IMG/VR virus record: IMGVR_UViG_3300037461_000702
Coordinates: 1 to 27,389 of that record
DNA length: 27,389 nt
Origin: a virus
Lineage: Duplodnaviria > Caudoviricetes
Reading direction: 5' to 3' (one strand)
Positions 26,592-27,389 of this stretch are shown here, one piece after another. The notes under the pieces were generated by a model. The model saw nothing but the letters and a program-made list of their open reading frames with translations, searched no databases and was not told where the DNA came from. Both the position numbers and the translations under genes were made by a program. The first letter of the stretch is position 1. Each line of letters starts with the position of its first letter.

Positions 26592-26630
26592 ACTTATAAA
26601 TACTTATAAAAATCAATAATAATTTATAAT
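26592..26630 (+). repeat. 10-bp-phased short direct repeats, candidate IS607-type left end
   Basis: ACTTATAAA at 26592 and 26602, with degenerate copies at 26612 and 26622, upstream of tnpB. Confidence 0.5.
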
Positions 26631-26673
26631 TTTTTAATTAATATAGATAGTTTGCAAAAAAGGAAGTGATATA

Positions 26674-27389
26674 TTGATTGTAGGCAGAAAGATTAAATTG
26701 CATCCAAATATAAATCAAGAACAGCTACTAAAGCAATTTACAGGAACATCAAGATTCGCATATAATTGGGCATTAAATAAACAACAATTAAATTATAACA
26801 ATGGCAAGCCATTTATTCAAGATGGTGAATTAAGAAAAGAATTTACTCAATTTAAAAAAGAACAAGGTACTAAATGGTTATATGACATAAGTTGTGATGT
26901 GCCAAAACAAGCCATAAAAGATGCTTGTAATGCTTATAAAAGATTTTTTAAAAAACAAGCGAAATATCCTAGATTTAAAAGCAAAAAAGATAAACAAAGT
27001 TTTTATCAGGATGTTTTTAAAATTAAATTTATGAATGGAAAAGTTTATATTTCATCCATTGGATGGATAGATATTGCTGAAAATGTAAATGAAACAAAAG
27101 TTCAAAATCCAAGAGTATCTTATGATGGGGTTGGATGGTATATATCATTTGGAATAGAGCAAGAAAAATCATTATTAAATAAACCTACCACAGAACCAAT
27201 AGGTATTGATTTAGGGATTAAAGATTTAGCAATAGTTTCAAATGCTAAAGTTTATAAAAATATAAACAAAACCAAGAAGATTAAAAAGTTAAAGAAACGA
27301 TTAAAACGACAACAAAGGAAAGCATCTAAATTATATGAAAAAATTAAAAGGAAGGAGATAGTTGCTAAAAGTAAGAATCTGATGAAAAT
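26674..27389 (+). mobile_element. tnpB: TnpB RNA-guided endonuclease gene (IS200/IS605/IS607 group), 3' end beyond window; no tnpA upstream
   Basis: Missing from the ORF track. TTG start after AGGAAGTG reads MIVGRKIKLHPNINQEQLLKQFTGTSRFAYNWAL...YPRFKSKK...WYISF...EPIGIDLGIKDLAIVSN (RuvC-I), open to the window end. Confidence 0.92.

Noticed and set aside
26583-26673. IStron or tnpA upstream of tnpB
   Set aside because: Only about 90 AT-rich nt, leaving no room for a transposase or ribozyme core.
1-27389. CRISPR array, rRNA or stop-codon recoding
   Set aside because: No regularly spaced repeats or rRNA-like sequence seen. Genes are intact in the standard code and TAA, TAG and TGA all serve as stops.

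Overview
Low-GC, almost entirely + strand segment of a tailed phage or prophage, probably from a Bacillota/clostridial host. The gene order resembles the SPbeta-like yon/yom head-tail module. In order it holds: a putative initiator and AT-rich origin-like region; a RecD2-like helicase split by a LAGLIDADG intein in Walker A; a Zn-finger protein and a sigma-region-4 HTH regulator; a YonK-like protein; a ParB-HTH-DNA methyltransferase plus PD-(D/E)XK nuclease pair; and a metallophosphoesterase. These are followed by small and large terminase, a portal flanked by two Zn-repeat HNH endonucleases, protease/scaffold, decoration and major capsid proteins, neck genes and the major tail protein. The window ends with a separately promoted cassette (two glycosyltransferases and a methyltransferase) and the 5' part of a TnpB element. 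The most striking unexplained signal is a pair of sequence-unrelated 5' leaders (6961-7058, 13183-13278) with the same three-way-junction fold, whose loop is complementary to a tandemly duplicated downstream motif overlapping the RBS of an accessory gene. Also notable are an anti-SD/anti-AUG leader or sRNA behind a consensus promoter, two hairpin-dense intergenic regions, and the glycosylation cassette beside the tail tube gene. All calls come from reading motifs and synteny by eye; no searches or folding programs were run.
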